The notes beneath the pieces are model-generated. The model made no database searches. It saw nothing but the letters and a program-made list of their open reading frames with translations, and was not told where the DNA came from. The position numbers were made by a program, and so were the translations under genes. From contig OX597815.1 of NCBI GenBank assembly GCA_951406725.2, positions 7,378,001 to 7,442,000 of the forward strand: 64,000 nucleotides of DNA. The letters are read 5' to 3'. Each line of letters starts with the position of its first letter. Within the stretch, counting starts at the first letter, position 1. Below are positions 53,516 to 64,000 of this stretch, one piece after another. Source of the stretch: Octopus vulgaris. Its lineage: Eukaryota.

Positions 53516-53917
53516 TGTGTGGTAAGTAGCTTGTTTACCAGCCACATGGTTCCGGGTTCAGTCCCACTGCGTGGCACCTTGGGCAAGTGTCTTCTACTAT
53601 AGGCTCGGGCCGACCAAAGCCTTGTGAGTGGATTTGGTAGACGGAAACTGAAAGAAGCCCGTCGTATATATGTATATATGTATATATATATGCGTGTGTG
53701 TGTTTGTGTGTCAGTGTTTGTCCCCCTAGCATCGCTTGACAACCGATGCTGGTGTGTTTATGTCCCCGTTACTTAGCGGTTCGGCAAAAAGAGACCGATA
53801 AAATAAATACTGGGCTTACAAAAGAATAAGTCCCCGGGGTCGAGTTGCTCGATTAAAGGTGGTGCTCCAGCATGGCCGCAGTCAAATGACTGAAACAAGT
53901 AAAAGAGTAAAAGAGTA
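53516..53917 (+). mobile_element. SINE B, near full length (CORE-like)
   Basis: tRNA-like head (GGTTCAGTCCC), CORE-like CACCTTGGGCAAGTG, internal microsatellite, (TAAAAGAG)n tail. Confidence 0.88.
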
Positions 53918-54339
53918 AATATGGAAAAACTGAGCTGGATGGTGATACTATAGCATAACTGGGAAGAGAGATCTGGGAAGCGCAACTCGACGTTTCAGCC
54001 GGTTTAACTGCGAACCCTTAAGGGCTGCTCGATGTGAACTGACACGGAACTGGCAGCGTCGTTAACAACAGTAACACCAACAACAAGCCTTCAAGAACAA
54101 CACCAGCAAACATTAACACGAATACTACCACCATTAATAACAAAATTAACACCACCACCACCACCACCACTATCAACAACAACAACAATACCAACAACAA
54201 CAGCAAAAAGCCTAAAAGTCCACCGTCTCTACGTTGGATGTCCAGGAATTTTAAGTCATGAAAATCGTTTGATTTAGCCGAAAGATATCGTTTAGTCTTC
54301 CCTCTACAAACCCCCAAACACTGCACCGAACAGCACACT

Positions 54340-55216
54340 ACAACACCATCACCACCAAAACTACCACCACCACTACCATCACCATCATCACCACCATCAT
54401 CACCACCATCATCACCATCATCACCACCATCATCACCACCATCACTACCACACAAACTCCATCATCATCATCACCACCACCACCACCACCACCACAAGAA
54501 CCGCCGCCACCGCCACCACCACCAATACCACCACCACTACCATCATCACCATCATCACCACCATCCTCACCATCATCACCACCATCATCACCACCATCCT
54601 CACCATCATCACCACCATCACTACCACACAAACTCCATCATCATCATCATCACCACCACCACCACCACCACCACAAGAACCGCCGCCACCGCCACCACCA
54701 CCAATACCACCACCACTACCATCATCACCATCATCACCATCATCACCATCATCACCACCATCATCACCACCATCACTACCATCACTACCACACAAACTCC
54801 ATCATCATCATCATCACCACCACCACCACCACCACAAGAACCGCCGCCACCGCCACCACCACCAATACCACCACCACTACCATCATCACCATCATCACCA
54901 CCATCATCACCATCATCACCACCATCATCACCACCATCACCATCATCACTACCATCACTACCACACAAACTCCATCATCATCATCATCACCACCACCACC
55001 ACCACCACAAGAACCGCCGCCACCGCCACCACCACCAATACCACCACCACTACCATCATCACCATCATCACCACCATCATCACCATCATCACCACCATCA
55101 TCACCACCATCACCATCATCACTACCATCACTACCACACAAACTCCATCATCATCATCATCATCACCACCACCACCACAAGAACCACCGTTGCCACCAAT
55201 ACCACCAACACCGCCG

Positions 55217-55254
<38 letters not shown>

Positions 55255-55270
55255 ACCACCACCACCACCA
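54340..55270. repeat. Higher-order minisatellite (164-176-bp units) built from CCA/TCA triplets
   Basis: Anchor CTACCACACAAACTCC at 54445, 54621, 54785, 54958, 55131. Confidence 0.93.
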
Positions 55271-56592
55271 CACCCCTTACTCCCCCCCACCCCCCGCCAC
55301 ACACCCCACTGACAAGGTCAGCCTGTTTGTGAAATGACAACCACTACCATCATCACCATCATCACCACCATCATCACCATCATCACCACCATCATCACCA
55401 CCATCACCATCTCCTGCCGTCTGTTTACAACGTTCATCAAAAGGTGGCGCTGCAGTGGCCAGCGACTGAATGGCTGCAACTGATATTTCCGAGTCGCCAT
55501 CTTCTTTGCCTTTCGGTGGCTTTTCTTTTTTTTGTTTTTGTTTTTGTTGTTCTTTTTTTTTTTGCTCTTATTTACGACTTTCCTCTTTTCGTTTCGGTTG
55601 TTTGTTTCTTGTTTTGTACTTCACATTCCTAAACTTCCAAGAACGTTAGCCTAACATACCTACTCCCCCCCTCTCTTTCTTTCTCTCTCTCTCTCTCTCA
55701 TTCCTTTCCTCTCTGTTTCTCTGTCTCTTTCTCTTTCTCTCTCCTTCTTACTCGTTATTTATTTTGGTCTTTATCTCTCTCTCTCCTCACCTCTCTCTCT
55801 AGCTGTTTGTTGATGTATGTACACATCTTCGTCTGTATCTGTCTGTCTGTCTGTCTGTTTCTCGTTCACTCTCTCTCACTCTCTCTCCTTCTCTTTCACT
55901 CTCTCTCTCTCTCTATATATATATATTTATCTATGTATCTATCTATCCGTGTCTGTCGGTGTGTTTGTGTGTGTGTGTATATAGACAGTAAGTAGCCTTG
56001 ATCCGTTTTCCGGTTTAACAGCACCACCAGCTCTGGCCCTTCGGGTGTCCTCAGTGGTGTCCACTCAGTTGTAAAGCCTCGAACCAGGTCTCCGGTTTAG
56101 TGGCAGCTCGTCGATAAAATTGTTGGGGTGCTGCTTTCAGAAAATTTTTAACCGTTGTTTTAATATTGTGTAAAAGGAAACAAACATGTAAAAAGAATAT
56201 TTATACATAAACTTATTCGGTTCGCGTTTTAGCCACTGCCGAGTAGTGTGTTTAATTTGTTCACTGAACAATGCCGAGAATTCCCCCTTGTTTTTCAAAA
56301 ATCACAAAATAAGGTGGGGGGGAAAACCTGCCCTATTTTTCAAATCCTGGCAGCAAAACTGAAGCTGAAAGCAAGATAATAATCTAATTCTACCCTTTAT
56401 CACATTCAAGAATATAAACACGTTTTTAAGCATAACATTCGTTGATTCAAAAAGAAACACTACCTTTCACCGGCTCTGCGTGAACGACAGTACTCTCTTT
56501 CCCTAGCGTGAAGCTTCCTGTCTCGGACATGTGAGCATGCGCACAACAGCCAAACACCGTGTCGCTGAAACTGTGAAGCACACAGTTCTATA

Positions 56593-56813
56593 CACGAGGG
56601 GGTACTGGAAAGTTCCTGGATCTGGGTAAAAGAAAATACAGAAGGTTCAGTTAATTATGATTTTATCCAACATATTTCCCTCACAGATTCATACACTTAT
56701 TGCAGCGGCCCTTCAGTTTTTCTAAGCCCTGTAAAAGAACTCGGAAGGCTGGGCTTCCAACCAGTTCTTTTATGATATCCTTCAAGCCAGGAACTTCTCA
56801 GCATTCTCTCGTA
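56593..56813 (-). mobile_element. Mariner-derived MITE, complete
   Basis: Imperfect TIRs 56593-56619 and 56787-56813. Confidence 0.75.
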
Positions 56814-57465
56814 TGCCAATATTTAAAGGAAAAATTCAGCATTTCTTTAATACTAAAAGATCGTAATGGAGTAATTCTCAAAACACTGTTTATTAAAAAC
56901 AAAAACAAAAGCAAAAAACAGTTTTTAATATACTTGAGTTAATCATTTAAAAACCGACTAAATTTTTTCTCATGATTCTGAGATTAAAAACGTCTATAAT
57001 TATAATTGTAATTTAATTAAATGCTTGTAATTATAGAGGTTTCCATTAGTTAAAAGTCGAAATATTCGCTTAATTAATCTTATAACTCTATTTCAAACTG
57101 TTTGTCGTACGGTTAAAATGCACTTACAGACTTAAATTAAGAAATTGCATAAGTATAGTTCAATTAGAATCATAATTAATGGATTAATGATGCTTTTCGT
57201 GTATGATAAATTATTAGAATTATTAGAAGTTCAAGAAGAAACTGGGTTGCATTAATAGGAAGAGGTAATTGTGGAATTCTGATACCATTGTGGATTAATG
57301 AGACCATTGAACCAGAAAGGTTTAAGTAATGGCCGTTTTTGAATACATTCGTATATTAGATTTAATAAATTTTAGATAATTAAAATAATTAAGAAATATA
57401 AAATACAACTTATAGCCATATCATATATTTTCAATACATTAATTCTTAAATATAAAAATCAATAA

Positions 57466-57517
<52 letters not shown>

Positions 57518-57641
57518 GATAAGAAAGGTGGTTTGTGAAAGCACGTGGTTGAATATATAGAAAATAGTAAATATTGACTTAAATATATATTCTTTAACCG
57601 TTTAAAACAAGCCTTCTGAAGTTTTTTCACTTTTTACTATT

Positions 57642-57713
<72 letters not shown>

Positions 57714-57815
57714 TATATATATATAATACATGGCATGTTGTGGTCGCCCGTAATATATTGGCTACACTCACAGACTAAACTCAGTATATGTAGTGAGATA
57801 TCGTACTTAAATTAG

Positions 57816-57920
57816 ACACCTGACGAAACACAGCCTGCATTGATGGATGCAACACAACTAGCTGTACAATACCCCACTCGTAAGGGACAGATGCAAGATG
57901 GGTCGAAATGATCGTCGTGT
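57816..57920 (+). ncRNA. Hammerhead motif with long stem II
   Basis: ACAC-CUGACGA-A-ACACAGCCUGCAU...AUGCAAGAUGGGU-C-GAA-AUGAUCGU-C-GUGU, then AATAAA. Confidence 0.6.
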
Positions 57921-58499
57921 TGAATAAAGATTCTTACTAAATCTGTTTTCCGTTTCCCTCATTCATTATAAATTCAAGGAATACTGCGAGATTTCTGACG
58001 TAGATTCAGTGACAATTATATCATAACAGTTGATAATATTATGTAGCTTAAACGGCCAAAGAGCTTTAATCGGCATACTTGCGCACCTTAGTTCATTGGG
58101 ATCACCATTATTATCTCCCTTTCACTCAACCACTTTTATTACTATTATTTCCCTTTTATTCAACCTCTTCTTTTCTAGTCATCCCGCTATGTTGGATCTC
58201 TGAACTCTACACACCTTTTTCTCTCACCGTTTTTTCGCTCTCTCTCTATCTTTTCCTCATTCCTTTCTTTCAAAGAGCGTAGGCTCGAAACGTAAAAAAC
58301 TTTTCCATTTTCTCGAACATTAAACTAATACACCTGCTTGCGTCTTATTTTATTATCTTATTTTTAAATTTGAACTATATATATATATGTATATATGATA
58401 TATATGAAAAAAGAAAAAGAACGACTTCGTTGGCAGTTCTAATCAGTTTAATTTATTATTTAAAAACATTTAATAATATAAGCTTTACTGAAAACGAAA

Positions 58500-58643
58500 G
58501 AGTATAGCAGGGATTGCCACCATCCCCTACCAGAGCCTCGTGGAGCTTTAGGTGTTTTTGCTCAATAAACACTCACAACGGGAATCGAAACCGCGATCAT
58601 ACGACCGCGAATCCGCTGCCCTAACCACTGAGCCATTGAGCCT

Positions 58644-58647
<4 letters not shown>
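58500..58647 (-). mobile_element. SINE C 5' fragment
   Basis: Degenerate head and body. Confidence 0.75.
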
Positions 58648-58674
<27 letters not shown>

Positions 58675-59038
58675 CTAGCAGTATCGCCCGGCGTTGCTCG
58701 GGTTTGTAAGGGAAATAACTATAAAGCATTTTTAGAGAGTTATAGCCAAAAAATGGAAAAAAATTATGGTAAATTTTTTTGAGAGTAAAAAAAGGTGGAT
58801 TTGCGTCCCCTAGACAGTTTGCGGTTTGTGTTTCTGATTCTCGACCCCATGTCGAATTTATCGATTTTTTCAGAACTGGGGGAACTTTTCAAAATTTTCG
58901 CTGCGTTAGTTTTGAATTATGACATTGGGCTATGTGTGTGTTAAGTTTCATCAGAATCGGTTGAAAGCCGTGGTCAGAGTGAGGGTACGAGAAAACAGAC
59001 ACACAGAAACACGCACAGACAAACTGCCGTTTATATAT

Positions 59039-59043
<5 letters not shown>
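58675..59043 (-). mobile_element. Non-autonomous Helitron, third subfamily
   Basis: TC start, shared hairpin and CTAG end, distinct interior, inserted in (TA)n. Confidence 0.82.
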
Positions 59044-59075
<32 letters not shown>

Positions 59076-59076
59076 T

Positions 59077-59114
<38 letters not shown>

Positions 59115-59146
59115 GCATACACACACACATATATATATATATGCAT

Positions 59147-59191
<45 letters not shown>

Positions 59192-59193
59192 TA

Positions 59194-59312
<119 letters not shown>

Positions 59313-59777
59313 TACACACAATATATATGTACATACATATATTTGTATATACATCGACTTAATCCCTTTGTCTGTCCTTGTTTGTCTCCTCTATGTTTAG
59401 CCCCTTGTGGGTAGTAAAGAAATGTATGAATAGTAGCGGTCTGAGTAAGTGAGGTAGTAACTAGTTCGTGTGTTGAGAGTTCAAAGCTGGAGTTTACAGT
59501 TCGAGTTAGCGTGTTGGATAGTTGTTTCTTAAAAGATTATTGTGATGTTCCGTGTGGTCACTGCTGTTTGTCTCGATCCTATTATTATTACATTTTTGCA
59601 GTTGTTTCGTTTATCCATAACGATACAACATCTGTCGATGAGGATCATTCGAATCTCACATTGGTTGTTTGACAATTTCTGCGTCATGGGAAACCTATTA
59701 GCCGCAGTAGTATAGCTTCAAGAGAAGCAACAGAAACAACTACAGGAGTTGCAAAAACAAATACAGCAACAACAAGC

Positions 59778-60143
59778 GGAGGCGCAATGGCCCAGTGGTT
59801 AGGGCAGCGGACTCGCGGTCGGAGGATCGCGGTTTCGATTCCCAGACCGGGCGTTGTGTCTGTTTATTGAGCGAAAACACTCAAAGCCCCACGAGGCTGG
59901 GCAAGGGGTGGTGGCGACCCCTGTTGTACTCTTTCGCTCCAACTTTCTCTCACTCTTTCTTCCTGTTTCTTGTCCCCGACTTCCTACGCAACCGCTGAGC
60001 CTGGATGCGGATTCATCCATCCGTCGATGCTCTCGGTGTCGGGGGTTGACCTGCTTTCTCTTCTGCGGGTCTTACGAATAGCAAAAGGACCACGTTTCGG
60101 ACTTCTCCCATCTTGCGAGCTCTGGGACGAGGACCGTTCGATC
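59778..60143 (+). mobile_element. SINE C inserted in gypsy gag
   Basis: Full head; interrupts the CAA/CAG-rich poly-Gln stretch. Confidence 0.88.
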
Positions 60144-60510
60144 AACAGCAACAGCATCAACAGCAATAACAGCAACGATTGATTGAGTTACAGTCGCCGA
60201 AGTCCGAAAATCCAGTAAGCTCGATTACGCCCGACGACGTGGCTAACACAACTTCTGAATTATAATACGGAGGAGGGTATTACGTTCCTCGCGTATTATA
60301 GAAGATACGAGGAAATTTTTAACAACGTGTGCAAGACGTAGTCGGATGAGTAGAAAGTCAGGCTTTTACTACGCCAGGTAGCTCCTACCGAACATGAGAG
60401 TTACCGTAAATTTATTCTGCTCAAAAAGTCGAGTGAGGCTGGTTTTCAAGAAACCGTAGAACTGCTTTCAAAAAATTTTTTGTGATAGAAGTTTATTATT
60501 CAACACCAGA

Positions 60511-61329
60511 ATGGAATGTTGGAACTTAACGAAAAATGAGGAGGATGGTTTTATCACCTACGCCAGAGCAGTCAACCGTATGTGCGAAAATTGCAAGCTC
60601 CAGGATCTCACTCAGGATATGTTCAAATCACTTATCTCTGTGCAAGGACTTATAGCACCTAAAGACAGAGAAATTCGAGTAAGAATTCTCTCGAAAATGG
60701 AGCAAGCGAACCAGGATGTATCTCTGCAGACCATTGCAGAAGAATATCAGACTATGGTAAACCTTAAACATGGTGTGGAAAAAATACATGATAAAGAGTC
60801 TTCAAGAATTCAAATGTGTCGTCCAGGGAAGCACGATAAAAAAAAAAATGTGTCAGGCTCCAATCTATATTATGGTTGTGGAGGCCTACACTACAAACAG
60901 GATTGTCCGTGTAAAAACAAAAAGTGCTATAGTTGTCAGAAGCTTGGACACAGGAGTTCTCAATGTAGAACAAGACTACGAGGCTCAAACATAAAAAGTT
61001 CTAAGGTGTTTCCAGTAGAGAGTGATTGCGACGGAAAAACAAGAAAATTAGGGCACGTAAAAATAAATGATGTGAATACCAAATTACAGTTAGACACAGG
61101 TAGTTGCATTTCGGTTATAAATGCGGATACTTGGAAAAACATTGGTAAACCGAGATTACGTAAAACAGCGAAAATAGTGCGTGATGTAACGGGCGATAGA
61201 TTTACAGTTCATGGGCAAAACATTTCGAGAGAGAGACACTCGAAGCAAAATTATTCGTTGTGGATAATACAATCAATCTGCTCGGCACAGATTGGTCAGA
61301 ACTGTTCGATTTATGGCACCGCCGCATAA
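60511..61329 (+). pseudogene. Gypsy gag-protease residual ORF
   Basis: 272-aa ORF with zinc knuckle and aspartic protease DTG motif, frameshifted at the end. Confidence 0.85.
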
Positions 61330-63454
61330 ATATTGCAATAACATAAATGGTTGTCCCATTAAAAACAAGTCTTAGGAAGAACTGAAGAAAACATTGAAAA
61401 CGTGTCCCCGCAAGAGTTAACAGAGGATTTAGGTTTATGTAGAAAGACAGAAGTTTATTTCCAAGTAAGTGAAAACGCTGTATCTGTATTTAAAGCAAAC
61501 AGAAAAGTACCGTTCGCGGCAATTGAAACCGCAAATGAAGAGTTGGACAGACTCGAAAAGAGTAGAGCCATCAAAAAGGTAGATTACTCGAAGTGGGCGG
61601 CACCCATGGTATGTATTTTTAAAAAATAAGAAGATTAGGCTGGGCTGTGTGCCGATTTCTTTACAGGATTGAACAACTGCTTTTTACTCCCGGCTGCAGA
61701 GTTTTCAAAGTTAAATGATGGAAGAATTTTTTCCAAATTAGATCTGTCTGAAGTTTACTACAGATAAAAGTAAATGAAAAATGCTCGAAGTATTTGACAA
61801 TAAGTACACACAGAAGATTGTACAGACACACACGATTAACTTTTGGATTAAAAGTGGCACCAGCAATATTCCAGCAAATCATGGATAATACGTTATCTGA
61901 TTGTGAATTTGCAATCTAAAACTTGGTCGATATTTTAATCAAGAGTTATTCTTGTGAACAGCTTATGGAACACGTAAAAGCTGTGTTTAAGAAAATTAAA
62001 GTTTTCGGGTTCACTTTGAGTGAAGAAAAATGCGAATTCTTTCTACCCCAAATTAAGTACTTAGGGTAAGTAATTAATTAAAGAGGTAGACGTCCTGACC
62101 CATCGAAAGCAGATCCAATAAGGAATATGCCTGCGCCAACTAATATTCCAACTTTACAAGCATTTCTTGGGTTGGTAAACTATTATCGAAGCTACATTCC
62201 TGATATGCACAAGTTAAGGGCTCCATTGAACGATTTATAAAAAAAAAAGGAATAAAGCGGAATTAGTGTACTAAATGTCAGAACACTTTTGAAGAAATCT
62301 TTAAAAAAATTCTTATCTCAGACATGTTGATCTCGAAATGGACGTCGCTGTAAAGTCTGATGCTTCCGAGCATGGATTAGGTGTAGTTCTACTTCGTAAA
62401 TACGAAAACGGAAGTACAAAACCAGTGGTTCATGTTTCGCGCTCGCTAATAGCGACCGAGAAGAGATAGGGTCAAATTGAAAAGGAGGCCCTAGCAATTA
62501 ATTTTGCTGTTAAAAAAGTTTCACAGGTTTCTGGAAGGCAGAAGTTATTTATTGTAAATAGCGGTGGGGCCCCAGCGTGGCCGCGGCCTTCGGGCTAAGG
62601 CATTTTAAAGGATTTTAAGGATTTTAAGAACATAGACTTTTGCTGTCGATTTATGGGTTTAGAAAAAGGTTACCGACTCATACTGCGAACCACCTGCAAC
62701 GTTGGGGGTGTAGTATTACTAAATTATAATTTCAAAATGCAATAAATTCCATTGAAAAAAGTCGGCCATGCGGACTGCCTTTCGAGATTAATTCCAAAAA
62801 AATATGGAACCACCAGAAGAGGCAGAAAGTGAAATTAAAAGTGTTATGACGAACGTTATCCAAGAACTACCATTGACGGCATAGGATACGAGAATGAAAG
62901 CTGTAGATGCTGAGTATATTAGGAAAATAAAAGAAGCTTTTAAAAATAAACAGAATAAAAATGCAGATGCCAGTAGTTCTTCGATTTGTGACTATATTCT
63001 GATGAATGCCCAAAGAGTGGTGGTTCCAACAATATTACAAAAAGGTGTATTGCAGCGATTTCTCAGAGGACATCCAGGAATGGCAAGGATGAAAGCTCTG
63101 ATATGAGTTATGTCTATTGGCCGTCTATGGACCGAGATATCGAAAACTTGGTGAGAACGTGTTGAGGTTGCGCACTCGCGGCCAAAGCCCCACCGGTAAA
63201 ATATCAGTCGTGGTCAGAGATGGAGAACCCATGGTCTATGTTACACATTAACTATGCCGGAGCGGTAAACGTCACTTGTTACCCAATCGTAGTAGATAGC
63301 TGTACTAAGTGGCCAGAAGTTAAACAACACTAAAAATAAATTTAAAAAAAAAAACATAAAATAAACAAGCTTTTGACGGTTTTATAGAATTTTCAGAATT
63401 ATGATGCTATGATTCTATGTTTTGATGATTTTGGCCAAATCCTATATATATATA

Positions 63455-63850
63455 CTAGCAGTATCGCCCGGCGTTGCTCGGGTTTGTAAGGGAAATAACT
63501 ATATAAGCATTTTTAGAGATGTAAAGTATAATAGCCATCTCAATATGGCTAACCACAAAGGGGGGGGGGTGTTACTGTAGCTTTTTACGTTCTGAGATTT
63601 AATAATACATTTTTAGAGAGTTACTTCCCTTATATAATAGCAAAAAATGCATTAAAAATGGAAAAAAATGATGGTAATTTTTTTTTTTAAATCGTAGACT
63701 CATCGTAGACGCGCGCTAATACCCAGAAGGGCTCGATATGAATCACGACTATAAGATAGCCGCTTTTGGTTAAACTGCACCTCAAAATGTGGGAGTAGTT
63801 AAGAATCTAAATCGTAGGAGACAGACACACAACTTCACTTTTATATATAA

Positions 63851-63853
<3 letters not shown>
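63455..63853 (-). mobile_element. Non-autonomous Helitron
   Basis: TC..hairpin..CTAG; related to 1627-2186. Confidence 0.88.
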
Positions 63854-63884
<31 letters not shown>

Positions 63885-64000
63885 GACGGGATTCTTTCAG
63901 TTTCCATCTACCAAATCCACTCACAAGGCATTAGTCGGCCCAAAACTGTAGTAGAAGACACTTGCCCAAGGTGCCACGCAGTGGCACTGAACCTGGAACC
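63885..64000 (-). mobile_element. SINE B 5' part (runs off the window)
   Basis: Matches 53549-53665. Confidence 0.8.

Larger units (their letters stand above)
59424..63325 (+). mobile_element. Decayed Ty3/gypsy LTR retrotransposon, 3'-truncated
   Basis: Putative LTR ends in CA at 59630, then a PBS-like TGTCGATGAGGA; Gln-rich gag; knuckle CYSCQKLGHRSSQC; protease LDTGS; RT (SKLDLS, RLTFGLKVAPAIFQ); RNase H (DASEHGLG, QIEKEALA); integrase (GHPGMARMK, VVDSCTKWPEV); many stops and frameshifts. Confidence 0.92.

Noticed and set aside
54018-55340. Gly/Asp-rich structural protein gene
   Set aside because: Repeat units are not multiples of three, so the frames break in every unit.
63325-63450. 3' LTR of the gypsy element
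   Set aside because: No match to 59424-59630; the element is truncated within integrase.

Overview
Repeat-dominated, AT-rich eukaryotic DNA. The SINE families and extreme microsatellite load suggest an octopus genome (inference, not searched). No intact protein-coding gene can be supported, and nearly all ORFs in the track are translated microsatellites or repeats. The window holds three tRNA-derived SINE families (often as head-to-tail concatemers, plus an 8-unit 240-bp SINE satellite), non-autonomous Helitrons, mariner and hAT MITEs, RTE, R4-like and L1/Tx1-like LINE remnants, and a decayed Ty3/gypsy element (59.4-63.3 kb). The main hidden signal is about a dozen type-I hammerhead-ribozyme motifs of the Penelope-like-element kind, in several unrelated sequence families. 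All have a palindromic stem III. They include canonical cores, C3:G8 covariants (U3:A8, G3:C8), an A6U variant family, long-stem-II forms, and two roughly 290-bp palindromes that each carry twin ribozymes. All structures were read by eye; none was computed or tested.
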